Below, one piece after another: positions 8,582 through 18,873 of a DNA stretch of 64,000 nt. The stretch is taken from the IMG/VR virus record IMGVR_UViG_3300028829_003504, positions 186,001 to 250,000 of that record; one strand, written 5' to 3'. Position 1 is the first letter of the stretch; every line of letters starts with the position of its first letter. The notes under the pieces are model-generated. The model saw only the letters and a list, made by a program, of their open reading frames with translations. It did no database searches and had not been told where the DNA came from. Both the position numbers and the translations under genes were made by a program.

Positions 8582-8602
8582 AGGTCTCCAGCTCGACTCA
8601 AA

Positions 8603-8609
8603 CTGTAAA
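8603..8609 (+). promoter_or_regulatory. CTGTAAA motif upstream of clamp loader
   Basis: AAACTGTAAATATAAG, 44 bp before the ATG and just after a terminator. Confidence 0.55.
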
Positions 8610-8646
8610 TATAAGATACGTTAGACTATATCTGAGTGACAAATAC

Positions 8647-9855
8647 ATGACCACTAAAAAGAAAATCAGTACTTCCAAAACACCCAAGCTTAGAATTACT
8701 AAGAAAGTCCCTTCCCGTAAATCACCAAAGTCAATTAACTTTCATGAAAAATATAGACCGCCAAACATAGGTGGATTACTAGGCCAAGATGCTATTCAAA
8801 AGACCGTTAATGGTTGGCAGAAATCTGGCAACTACCCTAGCACTATTATGATTACAGGCTGTACGGGCAGCGGTAAAACTACTACAGCGCGAATGATACA
8901 CTTTGCCATCAACTGTGCGGACGACGAAGCAGGTCAAGCATTAGGTAAGTCACACCCAGATTACAAAGAACTTAACATGGGTGAGCTTGGTCGAATTGAG
9001 GACGTACGTAACATGTTAAGTACGGCAGACGTTGCTCCTCAGATAGGTAAGAAGCGGATTATCGTTCTCGATGAATCACACTTGATGACAAAAGCAGCAA
9101 GCTCCGCATTACTTAAACCCCTTGAAGAACCTGCGCCTGACACCATTTGGATATTGTGTACTACCGACCCGGAGAAGATGTTACCTACTGTTCTTAATAG
9201 ATGTACCCAACTTTCAGTCAAGCCTATAGCTTCTAGTATCATTAAGAAACGTTTGCAGCAGATTGTGATTAAAGAGAAAGTACCATTCGAGTCTAAGAAG
9301 AAAGCAGGCGAAGCTTTAGGCATGATCGCCAACTTCTCAGAAGGCCAGATGCGTAAAGCATTATCACAACTGCAATCCTTAGTAGGTGCAGTCGATAGTG
9401 GTGAAGCCTTTGACTCTAAATCGGTGTTGTCTCTTTATGCCTCGACGGGTGAAGCGAGCTTAGATGCACAGGCAGTTGATTTGCTTATAGCTATGTTATC
9501 TTACAACTTATCGGGTGCTATTACTCTATGTAACACCAACGATAACCCTAGAGGTCTTGTTGCTAAGATGCAGTGGTTGGTTGATTGGGTTATCCAAAGC
9601 AATACGGGTACTATGAAGTTTAGTCCTTATATTGGTAAGCTTTTCAATCAAGAGAAAAAGAAAGCTCTTTCTGATAAAGAAACTAAGAAAGAGTGGGACG
9701 ATAGCTTCCAGTTACCTAACTTGATTAACATCATGGACGTACTCCTTCAAATAACTATTACGTGGAACACGGCTGGTATCAGTGAGCGTATGCTACTTAC
9801 TACTTGGATTGCTAAAGTAATTGCTAATGATTATGACTACACGGTGAATCGCTAA
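8647..9855 (+). CDS. dnaX: Clamp loader ATPase, DNA polymerase III gamma/tau-like
   Basis: EKYRP, GQD, GCTGSGKTTTAR Walker A, LDESH Walker B, LLKPLEEP, LCTTDPEK, NRC arginine finger. Confidence 0.88.
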   Translation: MTTKKKISTSKTPKLRITKKVPSRKSPKSINFHEKYRPPNIGGLLGQDAIQKTVNGWQKSGNYPSTIMITGCTGSGKTTTARMIHFAINCADDEAGQALGKSHPDYKELNMGELGRIEDVRNMLSTADVAPQIGKKRIIVLDESHLMTKAASSALLKPLEEPAPDTIWILCTTDPEKMLPTVLNRCTQLSVKPIASSIIKKRLQQIVIKEKVPFESKKKAGEALGMIANFSEGQMRKALSQLQSLVGAVDSGEAFDSKSVLSLYASTGEASLDAQAVDLLIAMLSYNLSGAITLCNTNDNPRGLVAKMQWLVDWVIQSNTGTMKFSPYIGKLFNQEKKKALSDKETKKEWDDSFQLPNLINIMDVLLQITITWNTAGISERMLLTTWIAKVIANDYDYTVNR

Positions 9856-10577
9856 TGACTGTTCAATTAGGTAATATATTAGAAGCTGGTCTAACTAAAG
9901 ACCATCTCGCAACAAACGCAGAAACGTGGAGACATATTTGGTTTGTCCAACGTTTTATTCAACATGGTCTTAAGTCTATACTGGACAAACATTGTGGGGG
10001 TGAGGATATTATATCCTTGATCAATAGAGCTATAGATGATCCTATATCTTATCTTAAGCTCACTCCTAATAGTGATCTGTATGCTATATCCGTCAACACA
10101 GAACTGATGTTCCGGGGATGTAACCGTAATGCTAGAATGGGAGTTGTACTAAAGTCTCTACTTGACCGCTGCATTACTCACGACCAAAGTAAACTCGTTG
10201 ACCCTGAGGTACACACATTTGTTGAAGTAACTCCTAAGTTAAAATTAACTACCTTTAATAGTCCTGAGTACAATCAGTTACGTGAAGAAATGAAACCTGC
10301 ATTGGACAATCATTATAGACAGAACAGGCATCATCCTGAGCACTATGAGAATGGTGTCCGTAGTATGACTTTGATTGACGTACTTGAAATGCTTTGTGAT
10401 TGGTTAGCTAGTTCCTTGAGGCAGCCTGAAGGCTGTATTGAGAAATCAATCCTCTTTTGCCAAGAACGTTTCAGCTTCGATGACGGCTTAGCCGAGGCAC
10501 TTCGACTTACTGTAAACTATCACTATAGTCTTGAATATCATAGAGACCCTCGGGACTTCTACGCGCAAACCCTTTAG
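9855..10577 (+). CDS. HD-like protein (DUF5662-like)
   Basis: HDQSK...HY..NRHHPEH...EMLCDW. Confidence 0.7.
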   Translation: MTVQLGNILEAGLTKDHLATNAETWRHIWFVQRFIQHGLKSILDKHCGGEDIISLINRAIDDPISYLKLTPNSDLYAISVNTELMFRGCNRNARMGVVLKSLLDRCITHDQSKLVDPEVHTFVEVTPKLKLTTFNSPEYNQLREEMKPALDNHYRQNRHHPEHYENGVRSMTLIDVLEMLCDWLASSLRQPEGCIEKSILFCQERFSFDDGLAEALRLTVNYHYSLEYHRDPRDFYAQTL

Positions 10578-10585
10578 GAATAATA

Positions 10586-11146
10586 ATGAGCGATCCAATC
10601 CAAAAGATTATCAATCACATAGACCATGACAAGACTTTCTGTTGGAGCACGAATGATCTTATTAAAGGCTTCGATCCTAGCATCTTTGTCCAAGAACACG
10701 TAGGTAAGTCTTCTCCCTCGGTAATTAGCAGGATTCTACATACTGCTGGATACACTTCGGTTGAGTGCCGTGACCTAGATCGAGGTGACCCCATCATTAT
10801 AACTAATGGACGTAGTATACTACATGGTGTAATTGTACTAGTGACTCCTGAAGGAGACCAGCATATTGACCTCCATAGTGACTGGACCTACTCGAACGAT
10901 GTGGGCACCTTTGGTTTCCCTAAAGGCACTCGCATACTTAATCCTTTTCAGTACTCACCTCTCAATAAACCACCCCTCGGAGTTATGCCTCGTTGGATGG
11001 TTTTGCAGAACAGGAACAGATGTATCTTAGACGCCCTTGGTAATTACAATGATTCTAGTTGGTATAGTTCTGCTACCGAAGAAATGCTTACGGAGTTCAG
11101 CTTGAATACGAAAGAGCTCCATGGGATTAAGCACGGAGCTACTTAA
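10586..11146 (+). CDS. Hypothetical protein
   Basis: 186-aa ORF with AGGA RBS. Confidence 0.7.
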   Translation: MSDPIQKIINHIDHDKTFCWSTNDLIKGFDPSIFVQEHVGKSSPSVISRILHTAGYTSVECRDLDRGDPIIITNGRSILHGVIVLVTPEGDQHIDLHSDWTYSNDVGTFGFPKGTRILNPFQYSPLNKPPLGVMPRWMVLQNRNRCILDALGNYNDSSWYSSATEEMLTEFSLNTKELHGIKHGAT

Positions 11147-13485
11147 TGATTAATCTACACAACATACGTTTGACTGATGTTGTTTTGTTTGAGCAGGAAA
11201 GTATTCCTATCGACCAGAACAACGGGCTAGTTATAATTCAAGGTATGAATTATGATAGTGACGAACCGGACAACACTAACGGCGCAGGTAAGTCACTTGC
11301 ATTTAGTGCCTTAGCCAATATCAGGTTCGAAAGTACACCCATCAGTAATAAAAAGAAAAGCAAGAAGGAAGTCTTACTAGGTAAGAAGTCCAGTATCGGC
11401 ATTGAATATACTGCCAGTGACAATAACAAATATTTAGTTGAGCAGTTCCCTGGTTCATATAGCGTTTGTATTAACGATAACGACCAAAGCATAGCTAAGC
11501 AAGAAGTAGCTAAGAAGTTCTTAGAGACAACGTTCCCTATATCGGAACATGAATTCTATTCTACGTGTTACGTACAGAACTTAAAGCCGCTTTACTTTCA
11601 GGTAGAGACTGATACTAACCGATTGAAGTTTGTTACCGATGTGTTTGAATTGGAAGTATATGATAGAATCCGTAAACACATGTCTGTTAAAAAAGGCGAG
11701 ATTAAAGATAAGGAGATTGAGTATACCACGCTTGCTGGTCAGCTTGATGCTTGTCTACAGCAGTTGAAACGTCTTGACTGGAATCCTGATAGTACTAAGA
11801 GAGCTAAGACCTTATCCTCAGATATTAAAGAACTTAAATCCAAGTTATCTAGGTTATATAAGAAGCAGCAGAAGATTGAAAGTCTACTTGATGATATTGA
11901 TGACCTCAAAATACTGCAAAAGAAAATAACCAAACTCAAGAAACAATTACCTGATCGTAAGAATTTGAAGGATTACTTGGAACGTCAAGCATCGTTGCAT
12001 GTAGAGTATGCCAAGTACTCTGACCGCAAAGAAAACTATGACCAGTTAAGTTCCTCAATTACAGAACGTATCGCCTTACTTAAGGAGGAGCTCGGAGATA
12101 CCCCTCTAGTCGATATAGATGTACTGCGTAAAAAGTACGATACCGTTGATAATAAGCTAGATAGCATTGAAGGCAAACTTAAAAAGGCTCGTAAACATAA
12201 CGCCTTACTTAAGGAAACGCGTGAAGCATTAGATGACCAAAAAGAAAGTCTCAAGAAGTACGGGTATAAGAGCGCCAAGGCAGTTCCTAAAGATGCAGAT
12301 GGTTTTGACCTGTCTTTAGCCAGCCATACTATTCGTATTGCTGAAAACTTAGAGCACCATGAACATGCAGGCGGAGAGAAGTGTCCTACATGTGATAGTA
12401 CTATAGACGTCGATTCTATTCTTAGCCTGGCCGATAAAGCCCGCGAGCAGCTTAAGAAGCACGCCAACTTAATAAAAGCTATCGCACATGCCACTGAGAT
12501 TAAAGCATTGGTTAAGATGCTTAACGGGTGGGAAGGCCCTATTGATACAGTCGGACTCAAAGATACAGAGAAGAAACTACAGAAGAAACTTAAGGCCATC
12601 GAACAGCAAGGCAAGTTAGTTAAAGATTGGAATCATCAACAGGAAATGCTAGGACAGTTGACTAAACCTAAACGCCCTAAGCAGAACCCTAGTAGTAATC
12701 ACAATGCCGATGAAGTGGAGGCTTTACTGGATACTTTAGATAAACTTACTTCTACTCGTAAAGAGTTGGCTACACTTGAGAAGCGTTTTGATGGCATTGA
12801 TATAGGAGACATCGATGGAGAGTCCGCTAAACTAATTAAGAAGATTGACGGGTATAACTCGACGCTAGACGAAGCGCAAGATCAATACAGTGCTATCTCA
12901 ATTAAGAAACGGGAGTATGAAGTCCTGTTCGCCCAACAAACTCAGTTAGAGAGTAAGCTTAAAAAGATTAAGCCTATTATAAAACAGAAGAAGTTGATTG
13001 AGTACTTGTATAAAATGTATGGCGCAACTGAGTTCAAGCTTCAAGCCGCAGCGCAAATATTGAAACTTCTTGAGAGTGCCCTAAATCAATACAGCGGTTT
13101 AATATTCCCCGAAAAGGTTAAGTTCAAACTCGAACCGTCTTCTCGAGGCATCAGTGCTACGTATAGAACTTCTAAAAACGGTATATGGGCCGACATACGA
13201 CACATGAGTGGCGCGGAGCGTAATTGTTTTAGATTGCTATTCGTTGTGGCCTTACTTCCTATGATTCCTGAATCAAGACGTACCAATTTCATTGTACTAG
13301 ATGAACCTGATGCAGCATGTTCAGCCGCGGTTAGACGTAGAATGATAGAAGACTTTTTACCTAAGCTACGTCAGATTGTTCCTCACATATTCTGGATAAC
13401 ACCTAAGCCTGCCAACGTGTTTAAAGATGCCGAGGTTTGGGTAGTTGAGAAACGTGACGGTAAGAGTACTATCAATATAAATTAA
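11146..13485 (+). CDS. sbcC: SbcC/Rad50-like ATPase
   Basis: NGAGKS Walker A, coiled coils, CPTC zinc hook, MSGAE signature, LDEPD Walker B. Confidence 0.9.
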   Translation: MINLHNIRLTDVVLFEQESIPIDQNNGLVIIQGMNYDSDEPDNTNGAGKSLAFSALANIRFESTPISNKKKSKKEVLLGKKSSIGIEYTASDNNKYLVEQFPGSYSVCINDNDQSIAKQEVAKKFLETTFPISEHEFYSTCYVQNLKPLYFQVETDTNRLKFVTDVFELEVYDRIRKHMSVKKGEIKDKEIEYTTLAGQLDACLQQLKRLDWNPDSTKRAKTLSSDIKELKSKLSRLYKKQQKIESLLDDIDDLKILQKKITKLKKQLPDRKNLKDYLERQASLHVEYAKYSDRKENYDQLSSSITERIALLKEELGDTPLVDIDVLRKKYDTVDNKLDSIEGKLKKARKHNALLKETREALDDQKESLKKYGYKSAKAVPKDADGFDLSLASHTIRIAENLEHHEHAGGEKCPTCDSTIDVDSILSLADKAREQLKKHANLIKAIAHATEIKALVKMLNGWEGPIDTVGLKDTEKKLQKKLKAIEQQGKLVKDWNHQQEMLGQLTKPKRPKQNPSSNHNADEVEALLDTLDKLTSTRKELATLEKRFDGIDIGDIDGESAKLIKKIDGYNSTLDEAQDQYSAISIKKREYEVLFAQQTQLESKLKKIKPIIKQKKLIEYLYKMYGATEFKLQAAAQILKLLESALNQYSGLIFPEKVKFKLEPSSRGISATYRTSKNGIWADIRHMSGAERNCFRLLFVVALLPMIPESRRTNFIVLDEPDAACSAAVRRRMIEDFLPKLRQIVPHIFWITPKPANVFKDAEVWVVEKRDGKSTININ

Positions 13486-13510
13486 ATACACTAACCACAA
13501 AGGAATCTAT

Positions 13511-14329
13511 ATGCAATTAATAGGTGTTGGCAATCATAGTCCCGAGCAGGTCATTAGCTGGCTGACCCGAAAAGGACATAAGTCTGTAACTGTAGTACCG
13601 AGCGGAAAGATATTAATCCCAGATGACTCTAGGAAGTACAAGCGCATTATGATATTTTCCACATATCGCGATTTTAGACGCAACTGGAAGTTAGTAGGTT
13701 CTTCTTCCTTTTCTTCGAAAGTATTCTTTGTACATGGTACTCCTAGTAAGCTTCATGAGTTCGACCAGATGTTCTATTCGGACTTCGACCCAATTCGCGG
13801 ACAGCGTAGTTTTGGATTTAAACTACATAGTAAGTTTAAAGAAATTAACTTGAAGAAGATAGGTAAGGACGAACCTACTAGGTCTAAAACTAGATACTTT
13901 ATGCCAAATCTAATAGAGGCCGTAAAGCAAGGAAGCCTACTAAACAAGTTAATGAGCGCCATCTATACTGTAAAAGGTTCAAGTAACCAAAAGTTGTTAA
14001 CGCTTACAATATGTCAGTGGTTGTACGGAGGGGAAAGTCCAAACCTACTGCGTAAGCGCATCCAGAATTATGGAGGTCAGCTCCGTATTACCGAACTTAT
14101 GTGTAATCGCTTTGATGATATCCTTTTAACTGAAATAGGTTTTAGCTTCCAAGAAGCATTCGAAGAAGTTATCGACTATAAGAAGAGAGGAAAGGATGTA
14201 CCTTTCAGGGAGATAGGTCAGAGCTACGGTATTCCTGATTTTGAGCTTAGATACATTAACGTTAAACTGGATAATGAAAGGACCAACAAAACCACTATAG
14301 ACCAACGCACACAGAAGTCCATTAAATAG
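13511..14329 (+). CDS. Hypothetical protein
   Basis: 272-aa ORF with AAGGA RBS between sbcC and sbcD. Confidence 0.75.
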   Translation: MQLIGVGNHSPEQVISWLTRKGHKSVTVVPSGKILIPDDSRKYKRIMIFSTYRDFRRNWKLVGSSSFSSKVFFVHGTPSKLHEFDQMFYSDFDPIRGQRSFGFKLHSKFKEINLKKIGKDEPTRSKTRYFMPNLIEAVKQGSLLNKLMSAIYTVKGSSNQKLLTLTICQWLYGGESPNLLRKRIQNYGGQLRITELMCNRFDDILLTEIGFSFQEAFEEVIDYKKRGKDVPFREIGQSYGIPDFELRYINVKLDNERTNKTTIDQRTQKSIK

Positions 14330-14398
14330 GCATATAGGGGGCACTGTGACAGTACATATAAATAAGGACGTATATTAAATGAAAAGAGATTTAACCTG

Positions 14399-15445
14399 AT
14401 GCTACACTTCTTATCAACAAGTGACTTCCATCTTGATGGTTTAAAAAAGTTATTCCCTAATGACCATATACAAAGGCAGATTGCGGAAGTTGAAAAAATA
14501 TTCCAATACGCGATGAAGAACGGGATAAAGCATGTGTTTATACCGGGCGACATAGCAGACTCCTATAGCATGTCATGGGAAGCTTACTTCGGTTTAGTTA
14601 ATCTGCTTACCAAGTATGACGGCCTACTAAACATTTACTATCTACACGGTAACCATGACTGGGAAGCTGAGAAGAAAACAAGTTTAGACTTATTAAACTT
14701 GATGTGCCTAAACAACATGTTTAAGACTGTATTCTTATATGCTAATCCTGAGCAGATTGAAATTGACGGCATCGTTATAAACATGTTATCCTTCCCAGCA
14801 AAGAAAAGTATTAAGAACAAGAAGCCCTGCCTAAACTTTGTCCATGCCTCATTCGACGGAGCTGTCGGAGACAACGGCAGGACGTTACGGGTGAAGACTG
14901 AAATTGAATGTAACCCGCGCGACTTCACTATAAGTGGTCATATACATCAGTACCAGTACTTGAAGACTAAGCGTGTTTTATACAACGGTAACCCCTACCA
15001 GAAAAACTTCGGTGAGTCATTACCTAAAGGATTTATTGAGTGCAAAGCTAAGTACGTCAATAAGAAACTGGTAGTCAAGCACAAGTTTATTAACAACCAT
15101 CCTGACTTTACTTTGGAGTCCCGCATCATTAGCAGCCAGAAAGATTTTACGGAGTTGAGTACCAGTGACTCTGTTCGCTATCGTCTGTACGTTGACCCTA
15201 GTGTTGTAGTACCTTCCGACTTAATGGTGAAGTATCCAAACATCAGGCAGTTGTTTGATTCGCAAGGTAAGACTAAAATTAAAGAGCTTGATTGTGCGGA
15301 CGAGTTTAAGCAGCAGTCCGTTGACATACCTAAGATAGACCCTACATTCAAGTTAGCTTCTTCTATGAAGAGTGCTGGTTGGAAGAAGAGAGACTTCGAC
15401 AAAGCGAAAGCCTTAGTTAAAGAGGCAATGCAAACTAACTATTAG
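14399..15445 (+). CDS. sbcD: SbcD/Mre11-like metallophosphoesterase nuclease
   Basis: SDFHL, GDIAD, GNHD, SGHIH, NFGE..KGF. Confidence 0.9.
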   Translation: MLHFLSTSDFHLDGLKKLFPNDHIQRQIAEVEKIFQYAMKNGIKHVFIPGDIADSYSMSWEAYFGLVNLLTKYDGLLNIYYLHGNHDWEAEKKTSLDLLNLMCLNNMFKTVFLYANPEQIEIDGIVINMLSFPAKKSIKNKKPCLNFVHASFDGAVGDNGRTLRVKTEIECNPRDFTISGHIHQYQYLKTKRVLYNGNPYQKNFGESLPKGFIECKAKYVNKKLVVKHKFINNHPDFTLESRIISSQKDFTELSTSDSVRYRLYVDPSVVVPSDLMVKYPNIRQLFDSQGKTKIKELDCADEFKQQSVDIPKIDPTFKLASSMKSAGWKKRDFDKAKALVKEAMQTNY

Positions 15446-15453
15446 TTTATTTT

Positions 15454-15490
15454 AAAAAGCCTAGCCTTCGAAAGTTGTCTAGGCTTTTTT
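15454..15490. terminator. Bidirectional Rho-independent terminator
   Basis: AAAAAGCCTAG...CTAGGCTTTTTT. Confidence 0.8.
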
Positions 15491-15709
15491 AGGTGAGCGG
15501 CATGATATTAGAATACTCTAGTTGGATGATTAATGTGCGCTCAATTCTTCCGAATCTTTTTTAGCAAATGCCTCTTAATTTTCGTAAATAGTAGTACACC
15601 TATGTAATTTCATACTAGACAAGACGAAGATCAATCCCGGCTTAATGAATGGGATTTCGGATTGTCGTTAACTCATTCGTTAAACTACAAATACTTAAAG
15701 GAGCCTATC

Positions 15710-16375
15710 ATGGCCGTTAAAAAGAAAGCAGCACCTAAGAAAGCAGCACCTAAGAAAACCGCAACTAAGCGAAAAGCAGGCGTTGGTTCAAAATTCAAAA
15801 CTACTAATGCACCTACAATGAAGAAGAAAAAACCAGCTAAGGCAGCCACTAAACCTGCTGCTCCGAAAAAACCAGGTACAAGAAAACCGAAACTTTCTGC
15901 TGCCGATCAGAAGAAAAAAGCAGCACGCGCAAAAGTAACAGGTGATCGTCTTAAAGGTAAGAAGACTAAAACTATTAAACAGAAATTAGCTGAACGTGTT
16001 GCTAAGCATGGCGAAGCAATGGCTAATGCTAAAGAAGCTTTTGCTAAGAAAAAAGCTTTAGTTGAAAAAAGCCAGAAGGTAGCTCAAGGTAACTTAGTTA
16101 AAAAGCAAAAAGCTGCATTAATTAACCTTACCCGTGCCTACAACGCTCGCATGAAAGCTAAGAAATCTAGCAAGCCTAAAATCAAAGATGGTAAGATCGT
16201 AGTTGCTAAAGCGGAAAAGGCTACTTTCAAGAAAGTAACACCTAAGTTAACTAAGCTTCCTTCTTTACGTACTACTAAAGGTGCAGTTAAGAAACGTTCT
16301 GGCGCATCAGCTGGCGCTAAGAAAGCAGGAAAGACTAGAGCTAAAAACAAGAACAAAGCTACTAGAGCGGCTTAA
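15710..16375 (+). CDS. Histone H1-like Lys/Ala-rich DNA-binding protein
   Basis: KKAAPKKAAPKK, PAKAATKPAAPKK; extremely basic; ATG 15710 after AAGGAG. Confidence 0.75.
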   Translation: MAVKKKAAPKKAAPKKTATKRKAGVGSKFKTTNAPTMKKKKPAKAATKPAAPKKPGTRKPKLSAADQKKKAARAKVTGDRLKGKKTKTIKQKLAERVAKHGEAMANAKEAFAKKKALVEKSQKVAQGNLVKKQKAALINLTRAYNARMKAKKSSKPKIKDGKIVVAKAEKATFKKVTPKLTKLPSLRTTKGAVKKRSGASAGAKKAGKTRAKNKNKATRAA

Positions 16376-16403
16376 TTCTTCAATAGCGTTTAGCAAGTAA
16401 AAT

Positions 16404-16428
16404 AAAAGCGGACTTAGGTCCGCTTTTG
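16404..16428. terminator. Rho-independent terminator
   Basis: AAAAGCGGAC-TTAG-GTCCGCTTTT. Confidence 0.8.
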
Positions 16429-16468
16429 TCGTATATAATATATAATTGAATTCGTAGGATATTCTGAT

Positions 16469-17764
16469 ATGTTTCGAGTGAATCAAAACTCCGACAATAT
16501 GAAAGCCATCCGTGACGCCAGAAGCGTTAAGGATATTCAAGCCGTAATAGGTATAATTGAGGCTGACCTGTCTGAGATATCAAAGCACACCTCTGCACTT
16601 GAGAAGAGTGTTAGCGGTTCTATAAAAATATCTATTAGCGCACAAGACATAGAGTTGGGCGATTTAAGCCGAACTAAAGGTAAAGGCCCTTCAGGTGTTA
16701 TTTCAGATTACAAAGCACCTAACACTAAAGACCTAGTAAAGAATAGTCGTGAGCTTAATCGACTAGCACAAAAGATTGCTGAACTGGAATCGGCCAAGCA
16801 AGTTATACTAAGCGATGCCTTTTCTCCGTATGCCGATCTCCAGAAGAAGACTATCAAGGCTATTAACGACTTAGTAAAAGTTGCCGCACGTGATCGTGAC
16901 CGCCAAGTCAGAGCGATGGCTAAAATTGGCCGCGAAAGTAAACCTAAAGAACACGTCAAGTTTGTTAAAGGTATTACTGCACATATTAAAAAAGTACTGT
17001 CGGAAGATAATTATTCAGGCACTACTGTTAAGTTGTTCGTACTTAATCCAGTCCCCGATAAGATTTGGTACCAGACTATTATAATTATTAACGACCTAGT
17101 CAATGACGAAGGTTATAGTTACGACTTCTATTCGGTAGTGGTGACAGCTATTGTTGACCTGGATTCAGGCGAGTTTAATCACTCACTGACTACTATAAAT
17201 CTTAATCGTATACCCGGAAGCTTTGACCCAGGTAAACAGGTAGGCTCAACAGCAGAAGCTAAGCGCCGCATTAACGGATTTTTAGCTGGCGATAACTTTG
17301 TCGCTAAGCATGGGCGTAAGACCCTTAAAGGGTTCCCTCTGAATAAGACACATGACTTCCGTAATTCCGCACTACCTGATTCATCTGATCATATCGATGG
17401 ACTTAGAGTTCAGAACGGCAAGATATACTGTAGACTCGAAAAAGGCGCTGACGCCTCTATTATAAAGACTGCCGTGGACGAAGCCCGCTCTATACTTAGT
17501 ATACTGGTTCGTCGTAGAGAGGTCGTAATTAATGACCGAAAGTATGACCGATATCTTAAAGACACTATTGCACATAAAATTGTCAACGGCAAAAAAGGTC
17601 GTAAGTGGATAGAGTTCGTTATTACTCCGTCAGAGCGTGTACAAAAAGGTGACTTGACTCCTAAGATACTTGAGCAGGCAGTTGAGCGTATGGTTCACAT
17701 GGACGGTATTTCTAAAGACGAAGCACGACGAGCTATGCAAGCGCTGAGACGGGAATTCATCTAA
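16469..17764 (+). CDS. Hypothetical protein, probable virion component
   Basis: 431-aa ORF; virion role from context only. Confidence 0.6.
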   Translation: MFRVNQNSDNMKAIRDARSVKDIQAVIGIIEADLSEISKHTSALEKSVSGSIKISISAQDIELGDLSRTKGKGPSGVISDYKAPNTKDLVKNSRELNRLAQKIAELESAKQVILSDAFSPYADLQKKTIKAINDLVKVAARDRDRQVRAMAKIGRESKPKEHVKFVKGITAHIKKVLSEDNYSGTTVKLFVLNPVPDKIWYQTIIIINDLVNDEGYSYDFYSVVVTAIVDLDSGEFNHSLTTINLNRIPGSFDPGKQVGSTAEAKRRINGFLAGDNFVAKHGRKTLKGFPLNKTHDFRNSALPDSSDHIDGLRVQNGKIYCRLEKGADASIIKTAVDEARSILSILVRRREVVINDRKYDRYLKDTIAHKIVNGKKGRKWIEFVITPSERVQKGDLTPKILEQAVERMVHMDGISKDEARRAMQALRREFI

Positions 17765-18873
17765 TGACACATAGACAAATCCAATCTAACTTCCGATTAA
17801 ACTCATGGAGAGGCGTTAAGGGTTCGGCATCTGCCGTATTTAGTGCTGCTGCGGTTAGACAGGAATTGTCTCCTGTCCTAGAGTATATCTTACAAGAGTT
17901 ATATGACGCAGGACATCCAGCGGTTAAATCAGGACTATTTAGTTTAGTTAATATATACAATCCTGATACGCAACACTCTGTCGGTTATTCGGAGCGTCCT
18001 CACGAAGACCTTGTCAAACCTATGACAGGACTAACGTTGACCTTTAGTATGGTCTCAAGACCTATTATCAAAACTCCTGTCTCAGTCTATCAAAATCATT
18101 TATCTGATTATACTTTGATGTGGGGACGATCCATAACTAGTGCTACTGATAATCTTATCATATCAGTTCCAAAAGAAATATTGAAAGGCAGTAAAGTAGC
18201 GTGGGGACTAACCAACGACATACTCGCCTTGTATAATCTCATTGGTATTGTTACAAAGAACTATGTTATACATGAATATAACCCTAAAGCCACATCAGTA
18301 TTTAAAGTACCTAATACTCCTGAAGGTATCTTAAAGACTAGGTATTTAGAAACATCATTACCTAATCTAATGAAGTCTACACATCCTATGTACTGGCCCT
18401 TCAACATAGACTTCTGGAATCAAGCAAGTCAATTACTTATGGCCAGGCATTTTAGCACAAAGTTAGATTTATATTTCTGTGTACACATGCTTGACCTACT
18501 AGGGCCTAGACTTTCACCTATCGCAACTAATTACGTATATGGAGTAGGCGTAGGTACGTTGTCCTACTTTATAATGGACGGTATACGCGGGTTACTTCAA
18601 ATACTTAAATCTAAGAGTTTACCCTCAAAAGTAGAAGACTCTGTCTATGGCACATTGCACTTGCTTTATGCTTTAGTAGTACCTGGAGGTATAGGAGAGA
18701 CGGACGATTACTTAGAAGTCACCATTGTATTACAAGGAGTCTTAGATAGATTTGAACTAAGACCTGAACTTGAACAGGATTTCATACAAATGTTTTCATC
18801 TATCCAGCAAGCATCTAAACTTATTATTAAGGAAGATGATAGAATGCGAAAATTCCTCGAGGAGATATTCTAA
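17764..18873 (+). CDS. Hypothetical protein
   Basis: 369-aa ORF, TAATG coupled. Confidence 0.7.
   Translation: MTHRQIQSNFRLNSWRGVKGSASAVFSAAAVRQELSPVLEYILQELYDAGHPAVKSGLFSLVNIYNPDTQHSVGYSERPHEDLVKPMTGLTLTFSMVSRPIIKTPVSVYQNHLSDYTLMWGRSITSATDNLIISVPKEILKGSKVAWGLTNDILALYNLIGIVTKNYVIHEYNPKATSVFKVPNTPEGILKTRYLETSLPNLMKSTHPMYWPFNIDFWNQASQLLMARHFSTKLDLYFCVHMLDLLGPRLSPIATNYVYGVGVGTLSYFIMDGIRGLLQILKSKSLPSKVEDSVYGTLHLLYALVVPGGIGETDDYLEVTIVLQGVLDRFELRPELEQDFIQMFSSIQQASKLIIKEDDRMRKFLEEIF

Larger units (their letters stand above)
8405..8582 (+). ncRNA. Candidate small structured RNA between dUTPase and the clamp loader
   Basis: Stems 8412-8417/8424-8429, 8434-8439/8475-8480 (enclosing 8440-8456), 8482-8489/8505-8512, palindrome 8524-8545, then terminator. 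Confidence 0.4.
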
